Source: an uncultured Clostridia bacterium (GTDB taxonomy: Bacteria > Bacillota > Clostridia > Oscillospirales > UBA644). Taken from it: a stretch of 62,863 nt of DNA. The notes under the pieces were generated by a model. That model searched no databases. It was not told where the DNA came from and saw nothing but the letters and a program-made list of their open reading frames with translations. Positions 9,064 through 18,535 of this stretch are shown one piece after another. Both the position numbers and the translations under genes were made by a program. Every line of letters starts with the position of its first letter. Within the stretch, counting starts at the first letter, position 1. The stretch is taken from positions 1 to 62,863 of the forward strand of contig CALXAO010000110.1 in the NCBI GenBank assembly GCA_944386295.1. Reading direction: 5' to 3'.

Positions 9064-10749
9064 ATGTACGGTGAATTATTGCTGAAATGGCTCAACAGTC
9101 CTGTGGTGGACGCTGCAACCAAGAAAGAACTAAAAGAGATTCAATCTGATGCAAAGGAAGTGGAAAGCCGCTTCCTGGCTCCGCTGACCTTTGGTACCGG
9201 AGGTCTGCGGGGTGTGCTGGGTGCGGGTATTAATCGGATGAATCGGTATACTGTCCGACATGCGACCCAGGGATTGGCCAATCTGATTCTGAAACAGGGA
9301 GACGCTGTTTGTGACAGGGGTGTGGTGGTCGGGTATGACTGCCGGAACGGTTCTGCGGAATTTGCCCGAGAGGTTTGCCGGGTGCTTGTTGCCAATGGCA
9401 TTCGGGCATACCGGTTCGACGAACTGCGGCCTACGCCGGAGGTGTCTTTTGCTATCCGGGAGTTGGGATGTATTGCCGGTGTAAATATTACCGCGTCTCA
9501 CAATCCTAAGGAGTACAATGGATATAAGGCCTACTGGGAGGACGGTGCGCAGTTAGACCTGGAACAGGCGGAGGTCGTTTATAACGCTATTCAGTCGACG
9601 GATATTTTTGAAGATGTAAAGGTAGCGTCGGAAGCGGAAGCCGCCGCACAGACGGTGTTGCTTGGCCGGGATTTTGATGAAAAATTTTTGGAGCAGGTAA
9701 TGACGCAGCAGATTAACCGGGAAGTGGTTTCCCAGCAGGCGGATATGGCTATTGTGTATACGCCCTTTCACGGAACTGGTTACCGGCTGGTTCCGGAGGT
9801 CCTCAAACGGGCGGGGTTTCGGAATGTGACCTGCGTTCCCGAGCAGATGGTGTTAGATGGCAATTTTCCTACGGTGGCGTCTCCCAATCCGGAAAATAAG
9901 GAAGGATTTACTTTGGCGATGCGATTGGCCGATCAGGTTGCCGCGGATTTTATTATTGGAACCGATCCTGACGCCGACCGGCTTGGGGTAGTGGTCCGGA
10001 ATGAAACAGGAGAATTTGTGGCGTTGACCGGCAATCAAACCGGTGTGATTTTGCTGGATTATGTTTTACGGGCTCGGCAGGAACAGGGAACTCTGCCGGC
10101 CAACGCCTGTGCGATTAAAACCATTGTCACTTCGGAAATGGCCGCCCGGGTTTGCGAAAAATACGGGGTGACTCTGATGAACGTGCTGACCGGGTTTAAG
10201 TTTATCGGAGAAAAGATTAAGGAATTTGAACAGACCGGAGAGTACTCTTATGTATTTGGTTATGAGGAAAGCTACGGCTATCTGACAGGGACCTACGCCA
10301 GGGACAAAGATGGAGTCGCCGCCAGTTTGCTGATTGCGGAGGTTGCCGCCTGGTACCGCTCCAAATCTATGACCCTATGGCAGGCATTGCAGGCTTTGTA
10401 TGCAGAATACGGCTGGCACCGGGAGGTGACTGTGAATATCGCTATGCCCGGCTTGGATGGTATGAAAAAAACAGCGGCGCTGATGGCTTCTCTACGGAAG
10501 AACGTGCCGCAGGTCGTAGCCGGACAAAAAGTGATGCAGTTTTTCGACTTGGAACAGGGGGCAATGGGGCTGCCGCGGTCCAATGTTGTATATTATGCGC
10601 TGGAAGACCGGTCGGTTGTTGTTGTCCGGCCTTCCGGCACGGAGCCGAAAGTTAAGGTCTATTTCATGGTTAGCGGAACCTCCGGAACCGAAGCGGATCG
10701 GAAAGCTGCCGCTCTGAAAGAGGATTTTTTCCGGTTGGCGAATATCTGA
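9064..10749 (+). CDS. Phospho-sugar mutase (phosphoglucomutase/phosphomannomutase family)
   Basis: Active-site loop TASHNPKEYNGYK, Mg loop GTDPDADR; 561 aa. Confidence 0.88.
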   Translation: MYGELLLKWLNSPVVDAATKKELKEIQSDAKEVESRFLAPLTFGTGGLRGVLGAGINRMNRYTVRHATQGLANLILKQGDAVCDRGVVVGYDCRNGSAEFAREVCRVLVANGIRAYRFDELRPTPEVSFAIRELGCIAGVNITASHNPKEYNGYKAYWEDGAQLDLEQAEVVYNAIQSTDIFEDVKVASEAEAAAQTVLLGRDFDEKFLEQVMTQQINREVVSQQADMAIVYTPFHGTGYRLVPEVLKRAGFRNVTCVPEQMVLDGNFPTVASPNPENKEGFTLAMRLADQVAADFIIGTDPDADRLGVVVRNETGEFVALTGNQTGVILLDYVLRARQEQGTLPANACAIKTIVTSEMAARVCEKYGVTLMNVLTGFKFIGEKIKEFEQTGEYSYVFGYEESYGYLTGTYARDKDGVAASLLIAEVAAWYRSKSMTLWQALQALYAEYGWHREVTVNIAMPGLDGMKKTAALMASLRKNVPQVVAGQKVMQFFDLEQGAMGLPRSNVVYYALEDRSVVVVRPSGTEPKVKVYFMVSGTSGTEADRKAAALKEDFFRLANI

Positions 10750-10802
10750 TTTGGTTCTGTGACACAATAGTACCGAGTTTTCCGGAAAGGAGTCGGTAGA
10801 AC

Positions 10803-10991
10803 ATGGAACTGAAGCAGAAAGTGATTGCCGAGATTGACAGTCGTTTGGACCGTCTGGAAGAGCATCACAAAACAAAGGTTCCTCATACGGAAAATCAGTA
10901 TGAGGAGCTGAGTATGGCTTTGTCCCGAATTTTGAATGAAGCGCTCAGCGCGGAACTAAGCAGTTTGAAAGAAACGATTCAAAAACTGTAA
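10803..10991 (+). CDS. Hypothetical 62-aa coiled-coil-like protein
   Basis: ORF with AAAGGAG about 10 nt upstream. No recognisable family. Confidence 0.4.
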   Translation: MELKQKVIAEIDSRLDRLEEHHKTKVPHTENQYEELSMALSRILNEALSAELSSLKETIQKL

Positions 10992-11043
10992 AAAACTTTA
11001 AGAAATTTCTGTGGTATTTTTAGTAAAAAGTTAAGAGCAGTAT

Positions 11044-11081
11044 GAAACCGGAAGGCGTTGTTCCTTCCGGTTTCTGTTTTT
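11044..11081. terminator. Bidirectional intrinsic terminator between convergent units
   Basis: GAAACCGGAAGG-CGTTGTT-CCTTCCGGTTTC followed by TGTTTTTT. It lies between the + block ending at 10991 and the - block ending at 11148. Confidence 0.6.
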
Positions 11082-11147
11082 TATACGGAGGTATCCTCTT
11101 TTTCTCTCCAAACGCAGATCGCAAAAAGTTCCTTATCTTGTTTGCTG

Positions 11148-12905
11148 TTAATTGATTGCTTTTACAGGCGCTTTTTTGCAATGCAAAGAATTTGGCCGTG
11201 GAATGACCTTCTGTTGTCGATTTATACCGCAGGGTAATGTTGTTTCTGACTGTTTCTTGCCTTCTTTGACAATCTCATAAAAACGATAACCACCTGAGAA
11301 GTTATAGCAGTCATAACCGTTCTGTGCAAGTACTCGGCAAGACAGATAACTGCGCAGGCCGCTTTGGCACATTACATAGACCGGCTTCTCTGTAGGAATC
11401 TCGGAAAGTCTTTCCCGTAAATCATCCACAGGAATGTTTATAAATCCCTTTGCGTTTCCTCTGCTGTATTCCGTTGGCGTTCTGGTGTCGAGTAAGGTTA
11501 CGCTTCCGTCCCGGGGAAGTTTGTCAATTTCATCGTGGTGAAACTGCTTTACTTTTCCTTGAACAATATTTTCAATCATAAAACCTGCCATATTTACGGG
11601 GTCTTTTGCGGAGGAATAGGGCGGAGCGTAAGCCAAATCAAGCTCTGCAAGTTCTGTTGCTTTTATTCCTGCGCGAATTGCTGTTGCAAGGACATCAATT
11701 CGTTTGTCAACACCGTCATAGCCTACAATCTGTGCGCCAAGTATGCGTAGCGTTTCTTTATCGAACAGCACTTTCATTGTCATAATTTTACCGCCGGGAT
11801 AGTATCCCGCATGGGAAGCGGGCGATAATACAACTCGCTCATAGTTCATTCCCGCGTTTTTTGCCATGGTTTCATTTACACCTGTAGACGCCGCGGTCAT
11901 GTCAAATAGCTTTATAATGGATGATCCTTGTGCCCCTTTATAAATGCTGTTTCCGCCGCAAATGTTGTCTGCCGCAATTCGTCCCTGCTTATTTGCGGGC
12001 CCTGCAAGGGAAATCAGTGCTTTATTTTCGGTAATAAAATGCTTGACTTCAACCGCGTCGCCTACAGCGTAAATATCAGGTACAGAAGTTTCCATATGGT
12101 CATTAACAATAATACTTTCCTTAATCCCAAGCTCTAAACCTGCATTTTTCGCAAGCTTTGTATCAGGAGTAACACCGATACTGAGCAGTGCCATATCGGC
12201 AGAAATGCTGCAGCCGTTTGCTGTCTTGGTAATAATTTTATTCCCGTCTTTTTCAAAGGCCGTAACGGCTGTTTTAAGCATTAAATTAATTCCGTGGTTT
12301 TCCATTTGTGCGTGTACGGCGCACGCCATATCAAAATCAAACGAAGCTAACAGGTGGTCGGCGTATTCAATAAGCGTTACCTTTAAACCACGCCGAGCAA
12401 GATTTTCGGCCATTTCAATCCCGATGAATCCCCCGCCGATTACAACTGCGCTTTGAGGCTTTTCATTTTGGATAAACTTGTGGATTTTCAGTGTATCTTC
12501 AACGGTACGCAGGGTAAAGACGTTAGGGATGTCTGCGCCGGGCATATGGGGCAGTGTCGGTTTTGCGCCGGGAGAAAGAATCAGTTTATCACAATTTTCT
12601 TCATAGGTCTTTCCGGTATCAAGCACGTGAACTGTAACCGTTTTTTTTTCCGTATTTATTGCGGTTACTTCATGACGAACTTGTATATTAACATGGAATC
12701 TATTCCAGAAGCTATCTGGCGTTTGCAGGGTCAACGTTTCTTGATCGGTGATCGTTCCTCCAATAAAATACGGTAATCCGCAGTTTGCATAGGAGACAAA
12801 GCTTGTACGCTCAAAAACAATAATTTCCGCTTTTTCGTCAAGGCGTCGGATGCGCGCGGCAGCAGACGCACCGCCTGCGACCCCTCCTACAATTACAACC
12901 TTCAT
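11148..12905 (-). CDS. CoA-disulfide/persulfide reductase with C-terminal rhodanese domain (CoADR-RHD)
   Basis: VVIVGGVAGGASAA FAD motif, redox Cys in SYANCGLPY, second dinucleotide fold, rhodanese loop VMCQSGLRS; 585 aa. Confidence 0.85.
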   Translation of the reverse strand: MKVVIVGGVAGGASAAARIRRLDEKAEIIVFERTSFVSYANCGLPYFIGGTITDQETLTLQTPDSFWNRFHVNIQVRHEVTAINTEKKTVTVHVLDTGKTYEENCDKLILSPGAKPTLPHMPGADIPNVFTLRTVEDTLKIHKFIQNEKPQSAVVIGGGFIGIEMAENLARRGLKVTLIEYADHLLASFDFDMACAVHAQMENHGINLMLKTAVTAFEKDGNKIITKTANGCSISADMALLSIGVTPDTKLAKNAGLELGIKESIIVNDHMETSVPDIYAVGDAVEVKHFITENKALISLAGPANKQGRIAADNICGGNSIYKGAQGSSIIKLFDMTAASTGVNETMAKNAGMNYERVVLSPASHAGYYPGGKIMTMKVLFDKETLRILGAQIVGYDGVDKRIDVLATAIRAGIKATELAELDLAYAPPYSSAKDPVNMAGFMIENIVQGKVKQFHHDEIDKLPRDGSVTLLDTRTPTEYSRGNAKGFINIPVDDLRERLSEIPTEKPVYVMCQSGLRSYLSCRVLAQNGYDCYNFSGGYRFYEIVKEGKKQSETTLPCGINRQQKVIPRPNSLHCKKAPVKAIN

Positions 12906-13237
12906 ATTGCTGCTCCTCTTTCGGTTTTTCCGTGATAATTATGAATACCGCCTATATCAATAACATCGGTATAGCCTAAATGTTTTAGTAACCGTATTGC
13001 TTGACGGCTTCTGCTGCCGCTGAAGCAATGGACATAAAAAGGGATTTCTTTTTTCGGGAGCTTAATAGCGGCAACCGTTTGCAGGCGGTTAAGAGGAATG
13101 TTTATACTTCCGGGAATATGAACTTCATTATATTCAGCTTCGGTGCGAACATCCAATAAAACAGCGTTTTGTTTCTTGCGCATTTCCGCAATCCCGTTAT
13201 TAATATCCGGAGCTTTGAATAGGTCAAAAAAATTCAT
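12902..13237 (-). CDS. Single-domain rhodanese sulfurtransferase
   Basis: Active-site loop HCFSGSRS; 111 aa; ATGA overlap with the downstream reductase. Confidence 0.85.
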   Translation of the reverse strand: MNFFDLFKAPDINNGIAEMRKKQNAVLLDVRTEAEYNEVHIPGSINIPLNRLQTVAAIKLPKKEIPFYVHCFSGSRSRQAIRLLKHLGYTDVIDIGGIHNYHGKTERGAAI

Positions 13238-13250
13238 TATTTTTCCTTCC

Positions 13251-13562
13251 TTATTTCAGCATTTTAAGCAGCTCCGCTTTGGGGCGGAAGCCAACAGCGG
13301 TAGAAACCGGTTTGCCGTTTTTAAAAACCATTAGCGTTGGAATGCTCATAATTTGGAAAAGAGCTGCCAGGTCCGGTTCTTCATCTACATTAACTTTGCC
13401 TACCTTGAATTTTCCGTCTGCTTCTGTTGCAATTTCAGCAATAACGGGAGCAACCATACGGCAGGGCCCGCACCACGTTGCCCAGAAGTCAACAAGCACG
13501 GGAATCTCCGATTGGATTACTTCGTTTTCAAAGTTTTGTTTAGTAAGTTTTATTTCTGTCAT
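13251..13562 (-). CDS. trxA: Thioredoxin
   Basis: WATWCGPC motif; 103 aa. Confidence 0.92.
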   Translation of the reverse strand: MTEIKLTKQNFENEVIQSEIPVLVDFWATWCGPCRMVAPVIAEIATEADGKFKVGKVNVDEEPDLAALFQIMSIPTLMVFKNGKPVSTAVGFRPKAELLKMLK

Positions 13563-13624
13563 TTTTGGTTTCCTCCTTGAATGGTAAAATTTAGTCTAGG
13601 ATACAAAATTCTTTGATTGACTAT

Positions 13625-13633
13625 ATTTTACCA
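13625..13633 (-). promoter_or_regulatory. Extended -10 element TGgTAAAAT upstream of trxA
   Basis: The minus strand reads TGGTAAAAT about 55 nt upstream of the trxA ATG. No good -35 was seen. Confidence 0.35.
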
Positions 13634-13681
13634 CGGCGGTGCGGATAAAACCGTGACTGAGTCGCGTTTTTGAAAAAAAAA

Positions 13682-14344
13682 TTATTTTATCTTTTCAAGC
13701 GCGTCAATATCAATGAGAGTGATTTGTCCTCTTTTAAATGTGACGAGCCCTTCGTTTCCGAAGCGTTTTAGCATTCGGGCAACAACTTCACGGGCAGAAT
13801 TTGTGTACTGCGCGATTTGCTCGTGGGTCATTTGTATTGTTTTCAGTCCAGTTCGTTTATATTCGCTGATAAGAAACGAGGCGAGCCTCCGGTCATAACC
13901 TTTGAATAAAATCATCTGCATTGTCCACATCACAGAGGAAAAACGTTTGCTTAATAGCTCATACATAGAGCAGCGCACATAAATATTTTCCCGCATCAGT
14001 TTTTCAAAGGTGTATGTAGGAATAATCAGTACATGGCTTTCCTCGGCGGCTGTTGTGTGCGTATCAAAGGTAATATGGCTTAGAATACACGACGCTGAAA
14101 GGGCGCACAGCTCATTTTTGCGCAGACGGTAAAGTGTGATTTCCCTCCCTTCCTCAGATATAATGCTGATGCAAAGTTCACCGCTGAGTACCATTGTCAT
14201 CCCGCTACATTCTGTGCCGCTATTGTATATAAGCTGACCTTTGGAATATTTTTGCAGAACAGCCTTGTTCCTGACAAGCTCTTTTTCGCTGTCAGTGAGA
14301 TTCTTCCAAAAAGGGAGTTTAATTAAAATATTTATGTCTGTCAT
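13682..14344 (-). CDS. Crp/Fnr-family transcriptional regulator
   Basis: N-terminal cNMP-binding-like beta-roll and C-terminal HTH (THEQIAQYTNSAREVVARMLKRF); 220 aa. Confidence 0.85.
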   Translation of the reverse strand: MTDINILIKLPFWKNLTDSEKELVRNKAVLQKYSKGQLIYNSGTECSGMTMVLSGELCISIISEEGREITLYRLRKNELCALSASCILSHITFDTHTTAAEESHVLIIPTYTFEKLMRENIYVRCSMYELLSKRFSSVMWTMQMILFKGYDRRLASFLISEYKRTGLKTIQMTHEQIAQYTNSAREVVARMLKRFGNEGLVTFKRGQITLIDIDALEKIK

Positions 14345-14364
14345 GCGGTTCCCTCCATTTTATC

Positions 14365-15120
14365 TTAAATATAAAAATCTACAAGCAGCATTATGCAAAA
14401 TCCTATAAGCAGAGCGTAGGTTGCTCCTCGTTCGCTTCCGTGAGCATGTGTTTCGGGAATCATTTCATCGCTTATTACATAGAGCATTGTTCCGCCGGCA
14501 AAAGCAAGCGCAAACGGTAAGGCTGCAGAGGAAAGACTGATTGCAAAATATCCAAGAAGCGTTCCGATCACTTCAATCAATCCTGTTAATGCTGCGGCCA
14601 AAAAAGTGCGTTTTTTGCTGATACCTGCTGCAAGCATAGGTGCAATAATGACCATGCCTTCGGGGATGTTCTGAAGAGCAATTCCTCCTGCAATGGTAAA
14701 AGCCTGTGCCGTATCGCCGGAACCGAAGCCCACACCTGCCGCAATTCCCTCAGGAAGGTTGTGTATGGCAATTGCCAGGACAAACAGCATAATTTTGTTT
14801 ATTCGTGCCGCATTTTGGGGGTGCTGCTCCCGGTCCGTACCGACAAGTCTGTGCAAGTGCGGTACAAGTCTGTCGATAATATTTAAGCAAAACGCACCTG
14901 CAAGCACACCCACTGCGGTAACGAGAACCGCGTGTTCCCCCCCTGATTCTATTGACGGTAAAATAAGGCCAATCACCGCCGCTGAAAGCATAACGCCTGC
15001 GGCAAAGCTTAACACAATATCGCTGAATTTGTGGGATATTTTTTGGAAGGCGAAGCCAAAAAGCGAACCTATAACAGTTGCTCCGCCGACACCTAACGCC
15101 GTAAGTAAAACAAGTTCCAT
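14365..15120 (-). CDS. ZIP-family divalent metal transporter (ZupT-like)
   Basis: Polytopic protein with HNLPEGIA and QNIPEGM motifs; 251 aa. Confidence 0.85.
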   Translation of the reverse strand: MELVLLTALGVGGATVIGSLFGFAFQKISHKFSDIVLSFAAGVMLSAAVIGLILPSIESGGEHAVLVTAVGVLAGAFCLNIIDRLVPHLHRLVGTDREQHPQNAARINKIMLFVLAIAIHNLPEGIAAGVGFGSGDTAQAFTIAGGIALQNIPEGMVIIAPMLAAGISKKRTFLAAALTGLIEVIGTLLGYFAISLSSAALPFALAFAGGTMLYVISDEMIPETHAHGSERGATYALLIGFCIMLLVDFYI

Positions 15121-15139
15121 ATGTCGCTCCTTCCTTTTG

Positions 15140-15931
15140 TTACAACGTGATTATTTCTCCGGATGAAATGTAGGAAATCTTCTTGTCCATTTTTTCTTTC
15201 AAGTATTTATATTGCTCGAATCCCGTGCAGTGGCAGGTATAATAGACCGTCTGATAGCTTGACAAAATATAGGAAGCGTTGTCAAGAAGGGCATTTTTTT
15301 CTGAAACCTCCTGTTTCATAAAATGAAACCCGCCTACGAATACGTCCGGATTGCACCAATTCATAATGTTAAGTATGCCTTTGTGTGAACATCCGCTGAC
15401 AATTATTTTTCTGTTCCCGTCATTGACCGTAAGATACTGTTCATGGATAAATTGATCCGGCTCAAAACCATTTTCAGTTTTAATATTGAGGTCTGAGCTG
15501 TCCATAGGGTAACTCGGTTTTTTGTCGTTGCAGGTGCAAAGGGTCAATTCATTGTCAATTTTTAATACATTCTCAGTTAAAATACTGCGGCGGTTTTTTT
15601 TAAGAGCTTCGGAAAGTCCGATGTATTTTTCCGTTCCATGATAGAATTCACCAAAAGCGTGTCGGCTAATATAGAGCGACGCGGTTGGGTTGATTTCCAA
15701 AAATGTTTCAAGCCCCCCGCCGTGATCATAGTGGCCGTGGGAAAGGACAGCAATATCAACCTCTGACAGATTTACTCTAAGGAAAGCTGCGTTGCGTATA
15801 AATATATCAGACTGTCCGCTGTCGAACAAAATCTTATGTCTATTGGTTTCTATATATAAACTCAGTCCGTGTTCCGCGCTGAAATTCGGATTTGAGGCGG
15901 TATTTTCCGCAAGAACATATACTTTTATCAT
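15140..15931 (-). CDS. MBL-fold metallo-hydrolase (COG1237-like)
   Basis: MIKVYVLAENTAS...SHGHYDHGGG. ATG at 15931-15929; the track ORF is extended upstream. Confidence 0.8.
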   Translation of the reverse strand: MIKVYVLAENTASNPNFSAEHGLSLYIETNRHKILFDSGQSDIFIRNAAFLRVNLSEVDIAVLSHGHYDHGGGLETFLEINPTASLYISRHAFGEFYHGTEKYIGLSEALKKNRRSILTENVLKIDNELTLCTCNDKKPSYPMDSSDLNIKTENGFEPDQFIHEQYLTVNDGNRKIIVSGCSHKGILNIMNWCNPDVFVGGFHFMKQEVSEKNALLDNASYILSSYQTVYYTCHCTGFEQYKYLKEKMDKKISYISSGEIITL

Positions 15932-15935
15932 AAAT

Positions 15936-16085
15936 TTAATGCCAGCGACCTTTCCTGCCGTCCTGTGCGCCGCAAATGGGCTCCCAACCATTGGAATTCG
16001 ATGCGTGGGGATGGCAATGTTCTCTGTATTCCACGGAAACGCGGTCAAAAATCTTAATTTCCGCTGTCTTTTTTGCCGTTTTCAT
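15936..16085 (-). CDS. Unannotated 49-aa ORF (His/Cys-containing)
   Basis: Translation is MKTAKKTAEIKIFDRVSVEYREHCHPHASNSNGWEPICGAQDGRKGRWH. AAAGGAG lies 5 nt upstream, and the stop is 4 nt before the MBL gene ATG. Below the track length cutoff. Confidence 0.4.
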   Translation of the reverse strand: MKTAKKTAEIKIFDRVSVEYREHCHPHASNSNGWEPICGAQDGRKGRWH

Positions 16086-16261
16086 AACATCTCCTTTGAT
16101 TTTTCTTTCTAATGCCTTCGCAGTGTTGGTGATTTTCGTTGTGGCAGGGGGAACCTTTCCTTCTGTGTTGTATCATGTTTGTACGTTTCCCCGCGTTTCA
16201 AATTGAACGGGTTCTTGTTAGGTGTGGCGTCTGTTCTTTGTATTGTTTTTGGTGTATAGTG

Positions 16262-16290
16262 ATTATAGCATAAATTTATGACTTTTTCAA
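16262..16290 (-). promoter_or_regulatory. SigA-type promoter TTGAAA-17-TATAAT
   Basis: Read on the minus strand. It would give a leader of about 170 nt before the 49-aa ORF. Confidence 0.5.
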
Positions 16291-16352
16291 TAGGCTGTTA
16301 TCCAAATATCTTAGCAGTAGGTCCCTGATTTTGTACAGTGCTATAAAAATAC

Positions 16353-16400
16353 AAAAAAGCCGATGCATATACAAACAAATTTGTCTGTGTATGTAACGGC
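16353..16400 (-). terminator. Intrinsic terminator downstream of dapL
   Basis: A 19-position imperfect stem (3 mismatches), GCCGTTACATACACAGACA/TGTTTGTATATGCATCGGC, followed by T6 on the minus strand. Confidence 0.45.
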
Positions 16401-16548
16401 TTTGAATTCCGTTCGTTGTACGGCTTGGGATGAAAAAAATACTGCGGTAATTCGGTTTATAGCAAAATAAATCTAAAAATCGTGTGGTCAGAACCGTTGT
16501 TTTATACGTCTGGATGGATCCTTCTTAATAAAAAACAAATTTCTGTTT

Positions 16549-17736
16549 TTATGGGCCGGTTAATAAATCAAGGAATTTTTCCATTGCTTTGCCGGTGTTT
16601 TCGTTGGTTGAAAAGGCGGTTAAGCGGAAAAAATCTGTCCCTTGTTTTCCAAAGCCCGCTCCTGGTGTGCCAACAATACCGGTTTCGGTGAGAAGTTTAT
16701 CAAAGAATGTCCATGCGTCCATTTTGTTGGGACACCGTAACCAAATATATGGGGAATTTTTACCACCGGTGTACCAAATGCCAAGCTTATCAAGGGTTTG
16801 TGTAATAATACTGGCGTTTTTACGGTAATAAGCAATATTTTCTTGAATTTGCTTTCTTCCTTCTGTGCTAAAGACAGCTTCCGCTCCTTTTTGTACAATG
16901 TAGGAGACGCCGTTAAATTTTGTGGTTTGTCGGCGAAGCCACATTTTATTAAAATTCATTCCCTCCAATTCAAGAGCGTTGGGCACAACCGTGTATCCGC
17001 AACGGGTTCCGGTAAAGCCAGCAGTTTTTGAGAGCGAGCAAAACTCTACGGCACAGGTTTTCGCCCCTTCAATTTCAAAAATACTGCGGGGCAGTGTTTG
17101 ATCTGTGATAAACGATTCATAGGCGGCATCAAACAAAATAACCGCGTGTTTTCGGTTTGCATAGTCTACCCAAGTTTTTAACTGGTCTCTGCTGTATACT
17201 GCGCCAGTAGGGTTGTTTGGAGAACAAAGATAAATAATGTCTGCTGCGATCGAAGCATCGGGCATGGGAAGAAATCCGTTTTCTTCATTGGCTTCTGCAA
17301 ATATAATATTTCTGCCGTTCATAATATTGGTATCTACATATACCGGATAAACAGGATCCGGAATTAGAACCGTGTTGTTGAGATCAAAGAGGTCAAGAAT
17401 ATTCCCAAGGTCGCTTTTGGCTCCATCGGAAATAAATATTTCACTCAGTTCCAGGCGAACATCGCTTTCCGCGTAATAGGCCTGGATTTTCTCGCGCAGA
17501 AAATCATATCCCTGTTCCGGGCCATAGCCGTGAAATGTTGTGGCGTTTCCCATATCTGTGGCCGCTTTTTTTATTGCATCTACGACTGCACGGCACAAGG
17601 GCAGTGTGACGTCCCCGATTCCCATTCGGAGGATTTCCTTTTCCGGATGACTTTTTTGAAATTCAGCTACTCTGCGGGATATTTCGAAAAACAGATAGTT
17701 TTCTTTTAATTGTTTATAGTTTACATTAGGCGTCAC
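16549..17736 (-). CDS. dapL: LL-diaminopimelate aminotransferase
   Basis: N-terminus NYKQLKENYLFFEISRRV...GIGDVTLPL and PLP fold (SLSKTAGFTGTRCGY); 395 aa. Confidence 0.88.
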   Translation of the reverse strand: MTPNVNYKQLKENYLFFEISRRVAEFQKSHPEKEILRMGIGDVTLPLCRAVVDAIKKAATDMGNATTFHGYGPEQGYDFLREKIQAYYAESDVRLELSEIFISDGAKSDLGNILDLFDLNNTVLIPDPVYPVYVDTNIMNGRNIIFAEANEENGFLPMPDASIAADIIYLCSPNNPTGAVYSRDQLKTWVDYANRKHAVILFDAAYESFITDQTLPRSIFEIEGAKTCAVEFCSLSKTAGFTGTRCGYTVVPNALELEGMNFNKMWLRRQTTKFNGVSYIVQKGAEAVFSTEGRKQIQENIAYYRKNASIITQTLDKLGIWYTGGKNSPYIWLRCPNKMDAWTFFDKLLTETGIVGTPGAGFGKQGTDFFRLTAFSTNENTGKAMEKFLDLLTGP

Positions 17737-18524
17737 TGATTTTCAACCTCACATTCACAAACCGTTTTTGCTGGTCCCGTCATCATAACGGTATTGTCTG
17801 AAAGTACCTTAATTTTTAAATTCCCTCCGTCTAGACAAACGGTAATGTCCGTTTGCGCGTCACAGACTCCGGCCTGGATGGATGCGGCAACTGAGGCGCA
17901 GGCTCCGGTTCCGCAAGCCATTGTAATACCGCTTCCGCGCTCCCATACACGCATTCTTATCTTTTGACGGTCAATGATCTGTACAAATTCCACATTTACG
18001 CCGTTTTTAAAATATGGATGATGTTCAAGCTCTTTTCCCAATGTGGTAAGAGGGGCATTTTCAACAGAATCAATAAAAATAACTCCATGTGGATTTCCGA
18101 TGGACGCGGGCGTTAAGGTTATTTTTCCATCGGAAGTTTCCAGAGTTACGGGGGTGTTTACCACGCATTTTCCCATATTAACTGTTACTTCGGTTACCTT
18201 TCCGCCTCTTGTTTGCAGGGTTAAATATTTATTGCCGGACAGCGTTTCTACAGACAGTGTTTTTTTATCGGTATATCCTTTGTCAAATACGTACTTGCCG
18301 ACGCAGCGGATTCCGTTGCCGCACATCATTGCTTCGCTGCCGTCGGCGTTAAAAATGCGCATTTTAAAATCCGCAGCAGAGGAGGGTGAGATTGTAACAA
18401 TTCCATCTGCTCCAATTCCGAAATGCCGGTCTGAGAGCTTGCGGGACCATTCCCCGGGATTTTCCAGTTCCCCGTAATAATACAGATAGTCATTTCCGAG
18501 CCCGTGCATTTTTGTAAAGTGCAT
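17733..18524 (-). CDS. dapF: Diaminopimelate epimerase
   Basis: MHGLGNDY..., catalytic Cys motifs MMCGNGIRC and ACGTGACA. Confidence 0.92.
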   Translation of the reverse strand: MHFTKMHGLGNDYLYYYGELENPGEWSRKLSDRHFGIGADGIVTISPSSAADFKMRIFNADGSEAMMCGNGIRCVGKYVFDKGYTDKKTLSVETLSGNKYLTLQTRGGKVTEVTVNMGKCVVNTPVTLETSDGKITLTPASIGNPHGVIFIDSVENAPLTTLGKELEHHPYFKNGVNVEFVQIIDRQKIRMRVWERGSGITMACGTGACASVAASIQAGVCDAQTDITVCLDGGNLKIKVLSDNTVMMTGPAKTVCECEVENQ

Positions 18525-18535
18525 ACATATGCCTC

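Noticed and set aside
11136-11144. The 9-mer TCTTGTTTG is present near both ends of the AT-rich block (also at 43698-43706), as possible att-like direct repeats
   Set aside because: It is only 9 nt and T-rich, so it is expected by chance in 60 kb. There is no integrase or tRNA nearby.
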